A stretch of DNA of 64,000 nucleotides from Desulfovibrionaceae bacterium (GCA_031550605.1 JAVBOK010000018.1:23284-87283), one strand, 5' to 3'. Numbered from the stretch's first letter, positions 27,581 through 36,686 are shown. Numbers and translations: made by a program. The notes: generated by a model from the sequence alone, not told the origin.

Positions 27581-28873
27581 ATGTCCGCCTCCGGCCTTCG
27601 CTCTTCTTCGGGATTCTTCGGCCGCACCGTCGTCTGGGGGGCGTTCACGCTGGCCGTGCTCGGCTGGGGCACGGGCTTTTACGGGCCGCCGGTATACCTG
27701 CACGCCGTGGTGCAGCGCACCGGCTGGTCCGTCAGTTTCGTTTCCGGCGCGGTGACCCTGCATTTTGTCGCCGGCGCCCTTGTCATCGCCTGCCTGGCGA
27801 CGCTGTACAAACGCTGGGGCATCCCCCGCGTCACCCGGACAGGCTCCATTGCCCTGGCTCTCGGCGTTGTCGGCTGGTCCCTGGCTGCGGAACCCTGGCA
27901 GCTTGCCCTCGCGGCGGTCTTTTCCGGCGGCGGGTGGGTGACCATGGGCGCGGCCGCGATCAATGCCATTGTCTCGCCCTGGTTCGTGCGCCGCCGCGCC
28001 CCGGCCCTGTCCACCGCCTACAACGGCTCGAGCATCGGCGGCGTCGTGTTCAGCCCCCTGTGGGCCACGCTTATCCCGCTTCTCACCTTCCCCTGCGCGG
28101 CAGCGCTGGTGGGCGCCGCAACCGTGGCTCTGGTCTGGATTCTGTCCGCGCGCGTCTTCTCCCAGACCCCGGCCGGCCTGGGGCAGCTTCCCGACGGCGG
28201 CGCGCCGGAAACCGCGGCTGCGGAACGCCCCGCGCCCGCTCCCGCGGCCCTGCCCGGCCGCGCGCTGTGGCGGAACAGGGCCTTTCTGACTCTTGCCGGC
28301 GGCATGCTGCTGGGGCTTTTCGCCCAGGTCGGGCTGCTGGCGCACCTGTATTCCGTGCTGGTGCCCGTTTTCGGGCGGGAATTGTCCGGTTTCGCCATGG
28401 GGCTGGCCACCGCCTGTGCCCTTACCGGCAGGACGGCGGTCGGGTATTGGATGCCGCCAAGGGCCGACCGGCGCCTGGTAAGCTGCGCCGGGTACGCGAT
28501 ACAGGCGCTCGGTTCCCTTTTGCTGCTTTTCGCCGCCGGCAACCAGGCCGCGCTGCTCGGCGGGATCGTTCTGTTCGGGCTCGGCATCGGCAACGCCACG
28601 TCCCTGCCGCCGCTCATCGCCCAGCAGGAATTCACCGAGAAAGACGTCAGCCGCATAGTGCCCCTGTGCGTCGCCATCGCGCAGGGCGGCTATGCGTTCG
28701 CCCCGGCCGTTTTCGGCCTGCTGCGAATGATGTCTTCCGGCGACGCATCCCGGACCGGCGCCCTGCCGCTTTTCGCCGTCGCGGCGGCCGTTCAGGTTCT
28801 GGCCATTGTCTGTTTTCTCGCGGGCCGCGGGGCCGCCCCTTCCCTCCAGCGCCGCGCGGCGCAGGCCAGGTAG
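27581..28873 (+). CDS. MFS transporter
   Basis: ATG 27581 has AAGGAG upstream. The protein has about 12 hydrophobic helices. ATG 27551 is an alternative start. Confidence 0.7.
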   Translation: MSASGLRSSSGFFGRTVVWGAFTLAVLGWGTGFYGPPVYLHAVVQRTGWSVSFVSGAVTLHFVAGALVIACLATLYKRWGIPRVTRTGSIALALGVVGWSLAAEPWQLALAAVFSGGGWVTMGAAAINAIVSPWFVRRRAPALSTAYNGSSIGGVVFSPLWATLIPLLTFPCAAALVGAATVALVWILSARVFSQTPAGLGQLPDGGAPETAAAERPAPAPAALPGRALWRNRAFLTLAGGMLLGLFAQVGLLAHLYSVLVPVFGRELSGFAMGLATACALTGRTAVGYWMPPRADRRLVSCAGYAIQALGSLLLLFAAGNQAALLGGIVLFGLGIGNATSLPPLIAQQEFTEKDVSRIVPLCVAIAQGGYAFAPAVFGLLRMMSSGDASRTGALPLFAVAAAVQVLAIVCFLAGRGAAPSLQRRAAQAR

Positions 28874-28902
28874 AGGCCGCGGCCCCGCGCTTGCGGCCGG
28901 GT

Positions 28903-29163
28903 TCAGCGTTCAGCGGCGAGCGCTTCTTCTTCGGCCAGAATGGCAGCGGCGGCTTCCATTTCTTCCATTTCCTTGCTGTCGCCGCCGTAGCGCTTGTCCG
29001 CGATCAACGCGCCCACGATATCCTCCAGGCAGTTCAGGGTCGTGACGCCCATCTCCAGCGGGATGCCGAAGGCCTGAATCATGACCAGCACCTTGACCAG
29101 CCCCGCGTTGGGGATGCCGCCGCCGTTGGCGATCAGCACGGCCATGATGGCCATCTGGAACAG
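28903..29163 (-). pseudogene. 5'-truncated remnant of a membrane transporter gene (C-terminal about 85 codons)
   Basis: The product ...IANGGGIPNAGLVKVLVMIQAFGIPLEMGVTTLNCLEDIVGALIADK... resembles the last re-entrant loop and helix of cation:dicarboxylate/amino-acid symporter-type carriers. The frame is closed by a stop at 29164..29166, exactly where composition switches to an AT-rich junction. Confidence 0.45.
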
Positions 29164-29257
29164 CTAATGTATCCCATGTATCGAATGAAAAATTCTCCAG
29201 CAACAGTCCCGTTTACTCCAGCATATTTTCATGTAGACTGCGCCGGGGAGGCTTCGA

Positions 29258-30232
29258 ATGGACAGCGAACGACGGGACAGGCCCGGGCCGGAGGAATACG
29301 AGGCCCTGCTGGAGGTTTGGGAAAGCTCCGTACGCGCGACGCACACCTTTTTGAGTGAAGCGGACATTACAGATCTGCGGCCGCGGGTGCGCGAAGCCTT
29401 CGACGCGGTATCCCTGAGGGCCGCGCGGGATGCGTCCGGGCGCATTCTCGGTTTTTCGGGAATTGCCGGCGACGTACTGGAGATGCTGTTCGCGCGCGCG
29501 GACGCGCGCGGGCAGGGCATCGGCGCCGCCCTGCTGCGCCGGGCGCTGGACGAAGGCGTGACCCGTCTGGACGTCAACGAACAGAACCCGCAGGCCCTGG
29601 GCTTTTATGTACGCATGGGATTTGAGGTCGTCGGCCGTTCCGCCTGGGACGGCCAGGGCCGGCCTTTTCCCCTGCTGCATATGCGCTTGAAGGAGCGGGA
29701 CAAGGCGGGCGCGATTCCCCGCGGCTACGCCATCCAGGCGGCCGGGCCGGAGCATGTCCCTTTTCTCAATGCGATAGAACTGGCGGCGGCCGCCATATTC
29801 CCGCCCGGCTCCATTCCGGAGCATGTTCTGTCGGACAGGGCGCCGGCGGCCGTGCTGACGGATGCGGCAATCGACGGCAGGCTCATGGTCGCCCTTGACG
29901 CGGCCGGGCGCCCCGTGGGCTATGGCCTGCTGCGCTTCATCGATGATCTTGCCCTGCTGTCGCAAATGGACGTGTATCCGGACCACGGCCGCAAAGGCCT
30001 GGGCAGGGCGCTCGTTATGCGCATTGCCGATATCGCGCGCCGGCGCGGCGCGGATTTTCTGCACCTGACCACCTTCGTCAGGGTGCCCTGGAATGCCCCT
30101 TTTTACACGCGCCTGGGATTTATGGAGATTCCGGAGCCGGAGCAACCGCCCGCCATACGGGATATTCTCGCCGATGAACGGAGCAGGGGGCTTATAAATC
30201 GGACGGCCATGCGGCTGGCGCTCCGTTACTGA
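29258..30232 (+). CDS. tandem-domain GNAT-family N-acetyltransferase
   Basis: ATG 29258 has GGGGAGG upstream. Two acetyl-CoA binding signatures are present: RGQGIGAALLRRAL..GFYVRMGF and GRKGLGRALVMRI..FYTRLGF. Confidence 0.75.
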   Translation: MDSERRDRPGPEEYEALLEVWESSVRATHTFLSEADITDLRPRVREAFDAVSLRAARDASGRILGFSGIAGDVLEMLFARADARGQGIGAALLRRALDEGVTRLDVNEQNPQALGFYVRMGFEVVGRSAWDGQGRPFPLLHMRLKERDKAGAIPRGYAIQAAGPEHVPFLNAIELAAAAIFPPGSIPEHVLSDRAPAAVLTDAAIDGRLMVALDAAGRPVGYGLLRFIDDLALLSQMDVYPDHGRKGLGRALVMRIADIARRRGADFLHLTTFVRVPWNAPFYTRLGFMEIPEPEQPPAIRDILADERSRGLINRTAMRLALRY

Positions 30233-30424
30233 ATGAAAAAACAGAATACATCCCGTTTTTCCCGACGTCGCGCGCCGCCGCAGAAAGGCGCGCGCGTGGA
30301 ACGCGGGCCAAAGCGGGAGCAGACTCATATGGGCAACAGCGGAAAGGCCGACCGCGTGCGTTGTCCCGCTTCACAGGGCAAAATCAGGGTTCCCCTGCCC
30401 TCTCGGGCGTGATACGGAAAGCGC

Positions 30425-30937
30425 ATGGTTCGTCTGCTCTTCCGCATTCTTGGCCGCCGCGGCGCCATCGCCCTGGTTCTGGCCCTGGCAGCCGCCCTGA
30501 CCGGCGGCTTTTTCCTGGGCAAGGGCCGGGTGATCCAGATTCCCGACGGCGACACTCTGGTCGTGCTCACTGAAAACGGCACTCTCACCCGCGTGCGCCT
30601 GTACGGCGTGGACTGCCCGGAAACCCGCCAGCACGGCGGCGGCGCAGCCGCCGCCTTCGCCAGCGAAATGGCCCTGTTCCGGCCGGTATCCCTTGCCGTC
30701 ATGGATACGGATCAGTACGGCCGCAAGGTTGCCGTCGTGCGCCTTGCCGACGGCCGCACCCTGAACGGGGAACTGGTGCGCGCCGGGCACGCCTGGGTTT
30801 ACCGCCGGTATTGCACCGCGTCTTTCTGCCCGGACTGGCTGGATCTGGAACGCCAGGCCAGGAAACAGCACCTGGGGCTGTGGGCGGGCAAAAGCCCCCA
30901 ACCGCCCTGGCAATGGCGCCGCGCGCATCCGAGATAG
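30425..30937 (+). CDS. membrane-anchored thermonuclease (staphylococcal nuclease-like) family protein
   Basis: An N-terminal hydrophobic helix is followed by DGDTLVV...VRLYGVDCPE...GR.VA.V...NGELVRAGHAWVYRRY...AR....GLW, the SNase active-site pattern. Confidence 0.75.
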   Translation: MVRLLFRILGRRGAIALVLALAAALTGGFFLGKGRVIQIPDGDTLVVLTENGTLTRVRLYGVDCPETRQHGGGAAAAFASEMALFRPVSLAVMDTDQYGRKVAVVRLADGRTLNGELVRAGHAWVYRRYCTASFCPDWLDLERQARKQHLGLWAGKSPQPPWQWRRAHPR

Positions 30938-31074
30938 CTGCGGGGCCCCGCCCCGCGCCCCGGCAGGGCGCGCGATCCCCTGCGCCCGCGCCGCGTGGGC
31001 GCGGACAGCATCCGTTGCCGCCGTGAAGCGCCGGAGTGGCGCGCCTCCGCAAACCCCGGCTTTGCAGGGTTTGT

Positions 31075-31132
31075 CAAACAAAACCGCAACGATAAGGACG
31101 CCGCGGCATGCCGGGCATCCTTATCGTTGCGG
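31075..31132 (-). terminator. rho-independent terminator downstream of cheV
   Basis: A 15-bp stem CCGCAACGATAAGGA / TCCTTATCGTTGCGG (31084..31098 and 31118..31132). On the minus strand it is followed by TTTTGTTTG. Confidence 0.65.
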
Positions 31133-31177
31133 TAAAAAAAACCTGCCGGCAGGGCGCGGAAAAAACCTCCCTGCCGT

Positions 31178-32128
31178 TTACGCCGACTGTTTGCGGGCGC
31201 GGATCAGTTCCAGCACCTTTTCGCTGAGCACCTGCAGGTCGGGTTTGGCGAACTGGGCGTCGACGCCCACGGATTCACCCTTGTGTTCCAGCCTGTTGGT
31301 GACCAGAGAGGAAAACAGGGCCACAGGCAGCACTTTCAGGATGGGGTCTTCCTTGATATGGCGGCACAGGGTAAGGCCGTCCATCTGGGGCATTTCGATG
31401 TCCGTGATCACGGCGTGCACATGATCCGCCACCTTGCCGCCGCCCTGTTCCACTCTTTTTTTGACGCCGCGCAGCATGTGCCAGGCTTCTTCGCCGTTGG
31501 GAGCCTGAATGACCCGGAAACGGCCGCTTTTTTCCAGCAGATCCTTGACCAGGCTGCGCACGTTGCCCGAATCGTCGGCATGCAGAACGGTGTAGACCAT
31601 GTCGCCGTCCAGTGCGTTGCCCAGCGTTCCGCTCAACTTGATGGCCAGAGCCGGGTCCAGTTCGCCGACGATGGCTTCCATGTCCAGAATGAAGACCACC
31701 CGGCCTTCCAGGCGGACAACGCCCGTGACCGCGTTCCGGCTGACGTGCTGCAGAAAGTTGCCGGGGGCCTCCACTTCCTGCCAGCTCAGGCGGTGGATGC
31801 GGTTGACCCCGGAAACCAGAAATCCGGTGATGATATTGTTGAATTCCGTGACGATGATTTTCGGCTCATGGGTTGCGGTCCGCTTTTTGCCCAGATAGCG
31901 GGCCAGGTCCACCAGAGGCACAACCCGCCCGTCGCGGTGGGGAAATGCCCCCATCACCGCGGGGTGCCGCATCTGGGGCATGGCCGTCACCGGCTGCAGG
32001 CGGATGATCTCCAGGACCTTGGCAACGTTGACCCCGTAATGGCCGCGGTACCCTTCTTCATCAAGGTGGAATTCCACGACTTCCAGTTCGTTGGTGCCGG
32101 CATCAAGCAAAATATTCGTTTGTGACAT
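31178..32128 (-). CDS. cheV: chemotaxis coupling protein CheV (CheW domain plus receiver domain)
   Basis: ATG 32128 has GAGGTGAGGTGG upstream. An N-terminal CheW-like region (NELEVVEF...VNVAKVLEI) is followed by a receiver domain with DDSGNVR...ITDIEMPQMDG. Confidence 0.85.
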   Translation of the reverse strand: MSQTNILLDAGTNELEVVEFHLDEEGYRGHYGVNVAKVLEIIRLQPVTAMPQMRHPAVMGAFPHRDGRVVPLVDLARYLGKKRTATHEPKIIVTEFNNIITGFLVSGVNRIHRLSWQEVEAPGNFLQHVSRNAVTGVVRLEGRVVFILDMEAIVGELDPALAIKLSGTLGNALDGDMVYTVLHADDSGNVRSLVKDLLEKSGRFRVIQAPNGEEAWHMLRGVKKRVEQGGGKVADHVHAVITDIEMPQMDGLTLCRHIKEDPILKVLPVALFSSLVTNRLEHKGESVGVDAQFAKPDLQVLSEKVLELIRARKQSA

Positions 32129-32389
32129 GGCCACCTCACCTCGCAGCACGTTCAAAAATGTCAAACCGCAGCGGAACCCCCATTGCCCGCGGCGGTGTAT
32201 TTTCCTTATCGGACCCCGCGTATAAAATCCACACCCTTTCCGTAAATTTTTCTCTTTTTCACCGCAAAACGGACCGCAGGCAGGCATCGCCACTGCAACA
32301 CGGCATGGAGGGGAATTTTTGTTCGCCTGCTGCAAACGGTACATCCGCTGAACAAACCGGAATACTACAGACCGCCGCCGGGCCATTGG

Positions 32390-32692
32390 GTCCGGGGCGG
32401 TCTGTGGCTGCTGGAAAATCCTTCTTCGGCGGCACCCCGCCGCGCAGGCGGCATTCATTGCCGCCGGAAAGCGCCGGAGCGGCCGCGCGCCCTGAAGCAA
32501 AAAATTTTTCACTTCGCCATGCGCCGGTTTTCAAAAAAGACAAAACACTCTTTTCCCGAATGCGGGCAAGCCGAAGCGCCTTGTCCCAAAGGCGCGCTGC
32601 GCTGTTCTTCTGCCGGCGGCGCAACCGTTGCGGACGGCGGCCGCTTCGCTGCGCCGCGCATCCGCCCGGAGCATTTGCAAAAGGAAAACGCC
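32390..32692 (+). repeat. family A repeat, composite copy 4
   Basis: Contains ctgtggctgctggaaaatccttcttcggcggcaccccgcc, ggcggcattcattgccgccggaaagcgccggagcgg, then tcttttcccgaatgcgggcaagccgaagcgccttgtcccaaaggcgcgc...catccgcccggagcatttgcaaaaggaaaacgcc. It fills the whole cheV-trxB spacer. Confidence 0.7.
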
Positions 32693-33613
32693 CTATCTGC
32701 CCGCAAGATAGGCGTAGGCGGACATAGCCGCCCGCGCGCCGTCCGCGGCGGCGGTGATCATCTGGCGCAATTTCGTGTCGCGCACGTCCCCGGCCACGAA
32801 CACGCCGGGAATGTTGGTGCCCATGTCCTCGTCGCCGGCTTTCACCCATCCTTCGGGGCGCATGTCCAGGCCCGTGTCCCGCAGGAGCGCGGAATTGGGC
32901 AGCGTGCCCACGAAAATGAAGGCGCCTGTCACGGCCAGGTCCCGCTTTTCGCCGGTTTTCACGTTTTTGAGGCTGATCGACTCCACCCCGGTCTTGCCGT
33001 TGATTTTTTCCACCACGGTATCCCAGACCGGCACGATTTTCGCGTCGGCCAGCACCCGGTCCGCCAGGAGCCTGTCCGCGCGCAGGGTGCCGCGACGGTG
33101 GATCAGGTACACTTTTGCCGCGAAACGGGTCAGGTACTCGGCCTCTTCAACGGCCGTATTGCCGCCGCCGACGACCGCCACCTCCTCCCCTTTGTAAAAA
33201 GCCGCGTCGCACACCGCACAGTAGCTCACCCCCCGGCCGGTCAGTTCCGCTTCGCCGGGAACGCCCAGAGGCCGATGGTGCGCGCCGGTGCAAATGATCA
33301 GGGCGTCCGCTTCTATCGCGCCCTTGTCGGTATGCAGGATTTTCTTGTCCGCCGACAGTTGGAGCTTTTCGACTTCCGCCATCCTGATTTCCGTTTCGAA
33401 ATGCCGCGCGTGCTCTTCAAGGGACCGGGCCAGTTCAAAGCCGGAAACATGTTTCAGCCCCGGCCAGTTTTCCACATCGCTGGTGGTCAGTATCTGGCCG
33501 CCGGGCGCGCCCTTTTCCAGCAGAAGGGTGTCCAGCCCCGCGCGTCTGGCGTAAACGGCGGCGGTCAGGCCCGCGGGCCCCCCGCCCAGAATGACAAGTT
33601 CACGGTGTTCCAC
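32693..33613 (-). CDS. trxB: thioredoxin-disulfide reductase
   Basis: GTG 33613 is preceded by AAGGAG. Motifs include VILGGGPAGLTAAVYA, the redox-active CAVCDA, and GGGNTAVEEA. Confidence 0.88.
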   Translation of the reverse strand: MEHRELVILGGGPAGLTAAVYARRAGLDTLLLEKGAPGGQILTTSDVENWPGLKHVSGFELARSLEEHARHFETEIRMAEVEKLQLSADKKILHTDKGAIEADALIICTGAHHRPLGVPGEAELTGRGVSYCAVCDAAFYKGEEVAVVGGGNTAVEEAEYLTRFAAKVYLIHRRGTLRADRLLADRVLADAKIVPVWDTVVEKINGKTGVESISLKNVKTGEKRDLAVTGAFIFVGTLPNSALLRDTGLDMRPEGWVKAGDEDMGTNIPGVFVAGDVRDTKLRQMITAAADGARAAMSAYAYLAGR

Positions 33614-34091
33614 GGAATGCTCCTTATACTTGACTGGGTAAGCGGAAAGAGGCGCAGGGCTGATCCCCGACACCCCGGCGGCCGCCTTTTTCCCCGGCAC
33701 GGAAGCGCCGCCGGGGCATGGCCGCCTGGGCAAGCCGGCGGAAACCCCGCGCGGCGCGCAAAGAGAACCCCTTCCGCCGCAAACGCGAAAAGCCGTTCAC
33801 AATGTCCGGCCAGAACATTCCGGGTGATGACAACGTTTTTCTCACCGAGAATTTTTCATCGTTGCGAAAGGCAAAAAATATGCATTGAACCTGAAAAAGG
33901 CAAGCCCGGTGCCGGCACCCGCCGCTTCCCAAGAAACGCGGTCGCGAAAAGCTGCGTTTTTCGCCCGGCAGGGCGCAAAGGAAAACAAGGACGAAGCCGC
34001 ATTGGAATGCCGCGGGGCCAATTTTCGCCGTGCACCGCAGCCGGGCGGAAAACGACAACTGTGCGGCGGGCGACCGTCCGCGGACAGCCCC

Positions 34092-34118
34092 TAAAGTATC
34101 CCCCCCTTTTGCCGATAA
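34092..34118 (+). promoter_or_regulatory. sigma-28 (FliA) promoter
   Basis: TAAA (34092..34095), a 15-nt spacer, then GCCGATAA (34111..34118). It lies 41 nt upstream of the ATG of the YjfB-like gene. Confidence 0.7.
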
Positions 34119-34158
34119 GCCGTATACGGCGTGTTCCGGACAGGCCAAGGAGGAGATT

Positions 34159-34398
34159 ATGGGCATCAGCATCAGCGGCGCGGGCAATGCGGCATCCGAC
34201 GCGGCCCTGGCCGCCAGCATCCAGCAATCGACCATCGGAGCGGAAATCATCACCAAGACTCTGGACACCTTGAACCAGCAACAGGCCGGCTCATGCAGCG
34301 GAAGCGGTTCCGACATGGCCGCCAGTTACGACTTCCAGAAATCCGTGCTGTCCGCCGCATACGGCGCCAAAGGCGCCGTGGCGGACCTCACCGGCTGA
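34159..34398 (+). CDS. small YjfB-like putative motility protein
   Basis: ATG 34159 has AAGGAGGAG upstream. The 79-aa protein contains AASIQQSTIGAEIITKTLDTLNQQQ, resembling the YjfB motility-protein family. It is bracketed by a sigma-28 promoter and a strong terminator. Confidence 0.6.
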   Translation: MGISISGAGNAASDAALAASIQQSTIGAEIITKTLDTLNQQQAGSCSGSGSDMAASYDFQKSVLSAAYGAKGAVADLTG

Positions 34399-34423
34399 AG
34401 TCCTCTCCGGGCACGCGTGAAAC

Positions 34424-34459
34424 CCCCGGCGGGACTCTTTCCGCCGGGGCGTTTTTTTT
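34424..34459 (+). terminator. rho-independent terminator
   Basis: CCCCGGCGG-gactcttt-CCGCCGGGG followed by cg and T8. Confidence 0.85.
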
Positions 34460-34639
34460 CATCCGGATGCCGCCCGGAGGTTTCGGACGGATGCCGGACC
34501 CCGCAAAGCCGGGGTTCGCAAAGCAGGCCCGTTCCGGCGCCGGCCGGCGCGGCGGGCTGCCGGTTCTGTCCGCGGCCTCGACGGCCGGGAGGCCGTCCTG
34601 GTTGATGGCGAACCCGGAAAACCGGATTTACAAGGACAC

Positions 34640-34727
34640 GCCCACTTCGGCGCTTTCCGGCGGCTATGAATGGCGCCTGCGCCTGCGTGGCAACCTGTTG
34701 CCAAAGAAGATTTTGCCCACAGCCTCG
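34640..34727 (-). repeat. partial family A composite repeat
   Basis: The reverse complement reads ctgtgggcaaaatcttctttggcaacaggttgcc...ggcgccattcatagccgccggaaagcgccg. This matches 32400..32470 with a different but self-complementary inner hairpin (ggcaacaggttgcc versus ggcggcaccccgcc). Confidence 0.6.
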
Positions 34728-34751
34728 ACGGCCGGACGGCCGTCTTTTTTC
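34728..34751 (+). terminator. rho-independent terminator with no annotated gene upstream
   Basis: GACGGCCG-ga-CGGCCGTC followed by TTTTTT. A near-duplicate hairpin without a T-tract lies at 34580..34597. Confidence 0.6.
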
Positions 34752-34823
34752 AGGCGCGTTGCCAAAGCCGGCGGCGGTTGTTAGGTGTATATATCCCCTG
34801 CCCTGCAACAAGACAGGAATGCG

Positions 34824-36581
34824 ATGCACGAATACACCCTGCTCAAAATACTGGCCGCCGGGTTCAGCCTGGCCCTGATCTTCGGCTATCTTGCCTTGCG
34901 CCTGCGCCTTTCCCCCATTGTCGGCTATCTGCTGGCCGGGTTTCTGGTCGGCCCCCAGTCCCCCGGATTTGTGGCGGACATGGGCCTGGCCGCCCAGCTT
35001 TCGGAAGCCGGGGTCATCCTGCTGATGTTCGGAGTGGGCCTGCATTTCAACATGGGGGATCTGCTGGCGGTCAAGGGCGTGGCCATACCGGGCGCCGTGC
35101 TGCAGAGCGCGGCCGCCACGGCCTGCGGCGCCTGGGCGGCCACCGCTCTGGGCCTGTCCCTGCCGGCCGGCATCATGCTGGGCATGGGGCTGGCCGTGGC
35201 CAGCACCGTGGTGCTGCTGCGGGTGCTGGGCGACAACAACATGGTGGACACGGTGCACGGCCATGTGGGCATAGGCTGGCTGGTGGTGGAGGATCTGTTC
35301 ACCGTGCTGATTCTGGTCCTGCTGCCCAGCGTGGCCGGCCTGATGGGCGCGGCGGGCGCCGCCGGGTCCGCGGACGCCCTGTCCGTGGCCGGGGCGCTGG
35401 GCGGGGCGGTGCTGCGCCTTGCGGCGCTGTGGGTGACGGTGCTGGTGGTCGGGGGCCGCGTGGTGCCCTGGCTGCTGACCCACATCGTGCGCAGCCGTTC
35501 GCAGGAACTGTTCACCCTGACCGTGCTGGTGGCGGCGTTCGCCACGGCCGTGGGCGCGGCCGTGCTGTTTCAGGCGTCCATGGCTCTGGGCGCGTTTCTC
35601 GGCGGCATGGTCATCGGCAAGACCAAACTCAGCCATCAGGCCGGGGCGGACCTTCTGCCCCTGCGCGACGCCTTTGCCGTGCTCTTTTTCCTGTCCGTGG
35701 GCATGCTGTTCGACCCCTCGTTCCTGCTGCAGCAGCCTCTGCTCATCGCGGCCTGTCTGGCCATCGTGCTGCTGGTCAAACCGCTGACCGCCATGCTGGT
35801 GGTCACGGGGCTCGGCTATTCCGTGCCCACGGCCCTGACCGTGGCCGTGGGCCTGGCCCAGGTGGGGGAATTTTCCTTCATCCTGGCCCAGCAGGGCCAG
35901 CATCTGGGCATTATTCCGGAATCGGTCTACAACGTGCTGGTGGTCTGCGCCCTGGTATCCATCACCTGCAACCCCGGCCTGTTCCGGACCATCCCGAAAA
36001 TCGAGGCCGCCCTCAAACGCCGGGAGAAATTGTGGCGCGTTCTCAACGCCAGAGCCGAAGCCAGAGCGCTGAAAGGCAACGCCGCCCATGCGCCCCGGGG
36101 GCACGGCGACGGCACGCCCCATCCGGACGTGCCCATCGCGGTGGTGGTGGGATACGGCCCCACGGGGAAAAGCGTGGCCCACGCCCTGTCGGACAGGGGC
36201 CTGACCCCGGTGGTCATCGACCTGAACGTGGACACGGTCAACCGCCTGAGCGGCAAAGGCAGGTGGGCGATATTCGGCGACTCGTCCAAGCGGGACATCC
36301 TCGTCGCTGCCGGCGTCGAACGCGCCGGGTACCTGGTCATCACCGTGCCGGCCGTTGAAGACGCGGCGGCCACGGCCGCCATGGCCCGCAGCCTCAATCC
36401 GGACATCCGCATCATGACGCGGGCCCGGTTCCTGGAAGAAAACGCGCTGCTGCGCAAAGCGGGCGCAACGGCCATCGCCTTTGAAGAGGAAGAAGTGGCC
36501 AGAAGCCTGACCGCCATGGTGATGGACGACGTGCGGCGCTGCGCCGAAGGCGCCTGCCCCGTGCCCGCGCGGCCGGAATAA
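34824..36581 (+). CDS. CPA2-family cation:proton antiporter with C-terminal RCK/TrkA-N domain (YbaL/KefB-like)
   Basis: It has about 12 TM helices (SPIVGYLLAGFLVGP...) and then a Rossmann motif VVVGYGPTGKSVA. Confidence 0.82.
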   Translation: MHEYTLLKILAAGFSLALIFGYLALRLRLSPIVGYLLAGFLVGPQSPGFVADMGLAAQLSEAGVILLMFGVGLHFNMGDLLAVKGVAIPGAVLQSAAATACGAWAATALGLSLPAGIMLGMGLAVASTVVLLRVLGDNNMVDTVHGHVGIGWLVVEDLFTVLILVLLPSVAGLMGAAGAAGSADALSVAGALGGAVLRLAALWVTVLVVGGRVVPWLLTHIVRSRSQELFTLTVLVAAFATAVGAAVLFQASMALGAFLGGMVIGKTKLSHQAGADLLPLRDAFAVLFFLSVGMLFDPSFLLQQPLLIAACLAIVLLVKPLTAMLVVTGLGYSVPTALTVAVGLAQVGEFSFILAQQGQHLGIIPESVYNVLVVCALVSITCNPGLFRTIPKIEAALKRREKLWRVLNARAEARALKGNAAHAPRGHGDGTPHPDVPIAVVVGYGPTGKSVAHALSDRGLTPVVIDLNVDTVNRLSGKGRWAIFGDSSKRDILVAAGVERAGYLVITVPAVEDAAATAAMARSLNPDIRIMTRARFLEENALLRKAGATAIAFEEEEVARSLTAMVMDDVRRCAEGACPVPARPE

Positions 36582-36584
36582 GGC

Positions 36585-36619
36585 GAAGACCGTTCTTCGC
36601 GGTGCGGAAAACGGTCTTC
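36585..36619. terminator. hairpin between convergent genes (possible terminator)
   Basis: GAAGACCGTT-n15-AACGGTCTTC, a 10-bp stem with no clear T-tract. Confidence 0.4.
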
Positions 36620-36686
36620 ACCTGCCGGGGGCGCAGGGCATCGTGTCCCCGCCGGGGGAGTTTGAGGGGCAGCGCCCTCGCCGGTA

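Noticed and set aside
28903-29154. The 83-aa ORF as a genuine small gene
   Set aside because: The sequence looks like the C-terminal helices of a much larger carrier and has no SD sequence. The frame is closed three codons upstream at a compositional break, so a gene remnant is more likely, and it is reported as a pseudogene with low confidence.
32129-32300. sigma-28 promoter upstream of cheV
   Set aside because: A TCCGATAA -10-like element exists on the minus strand, but no TAAA lies at the required 15-nt spacing.
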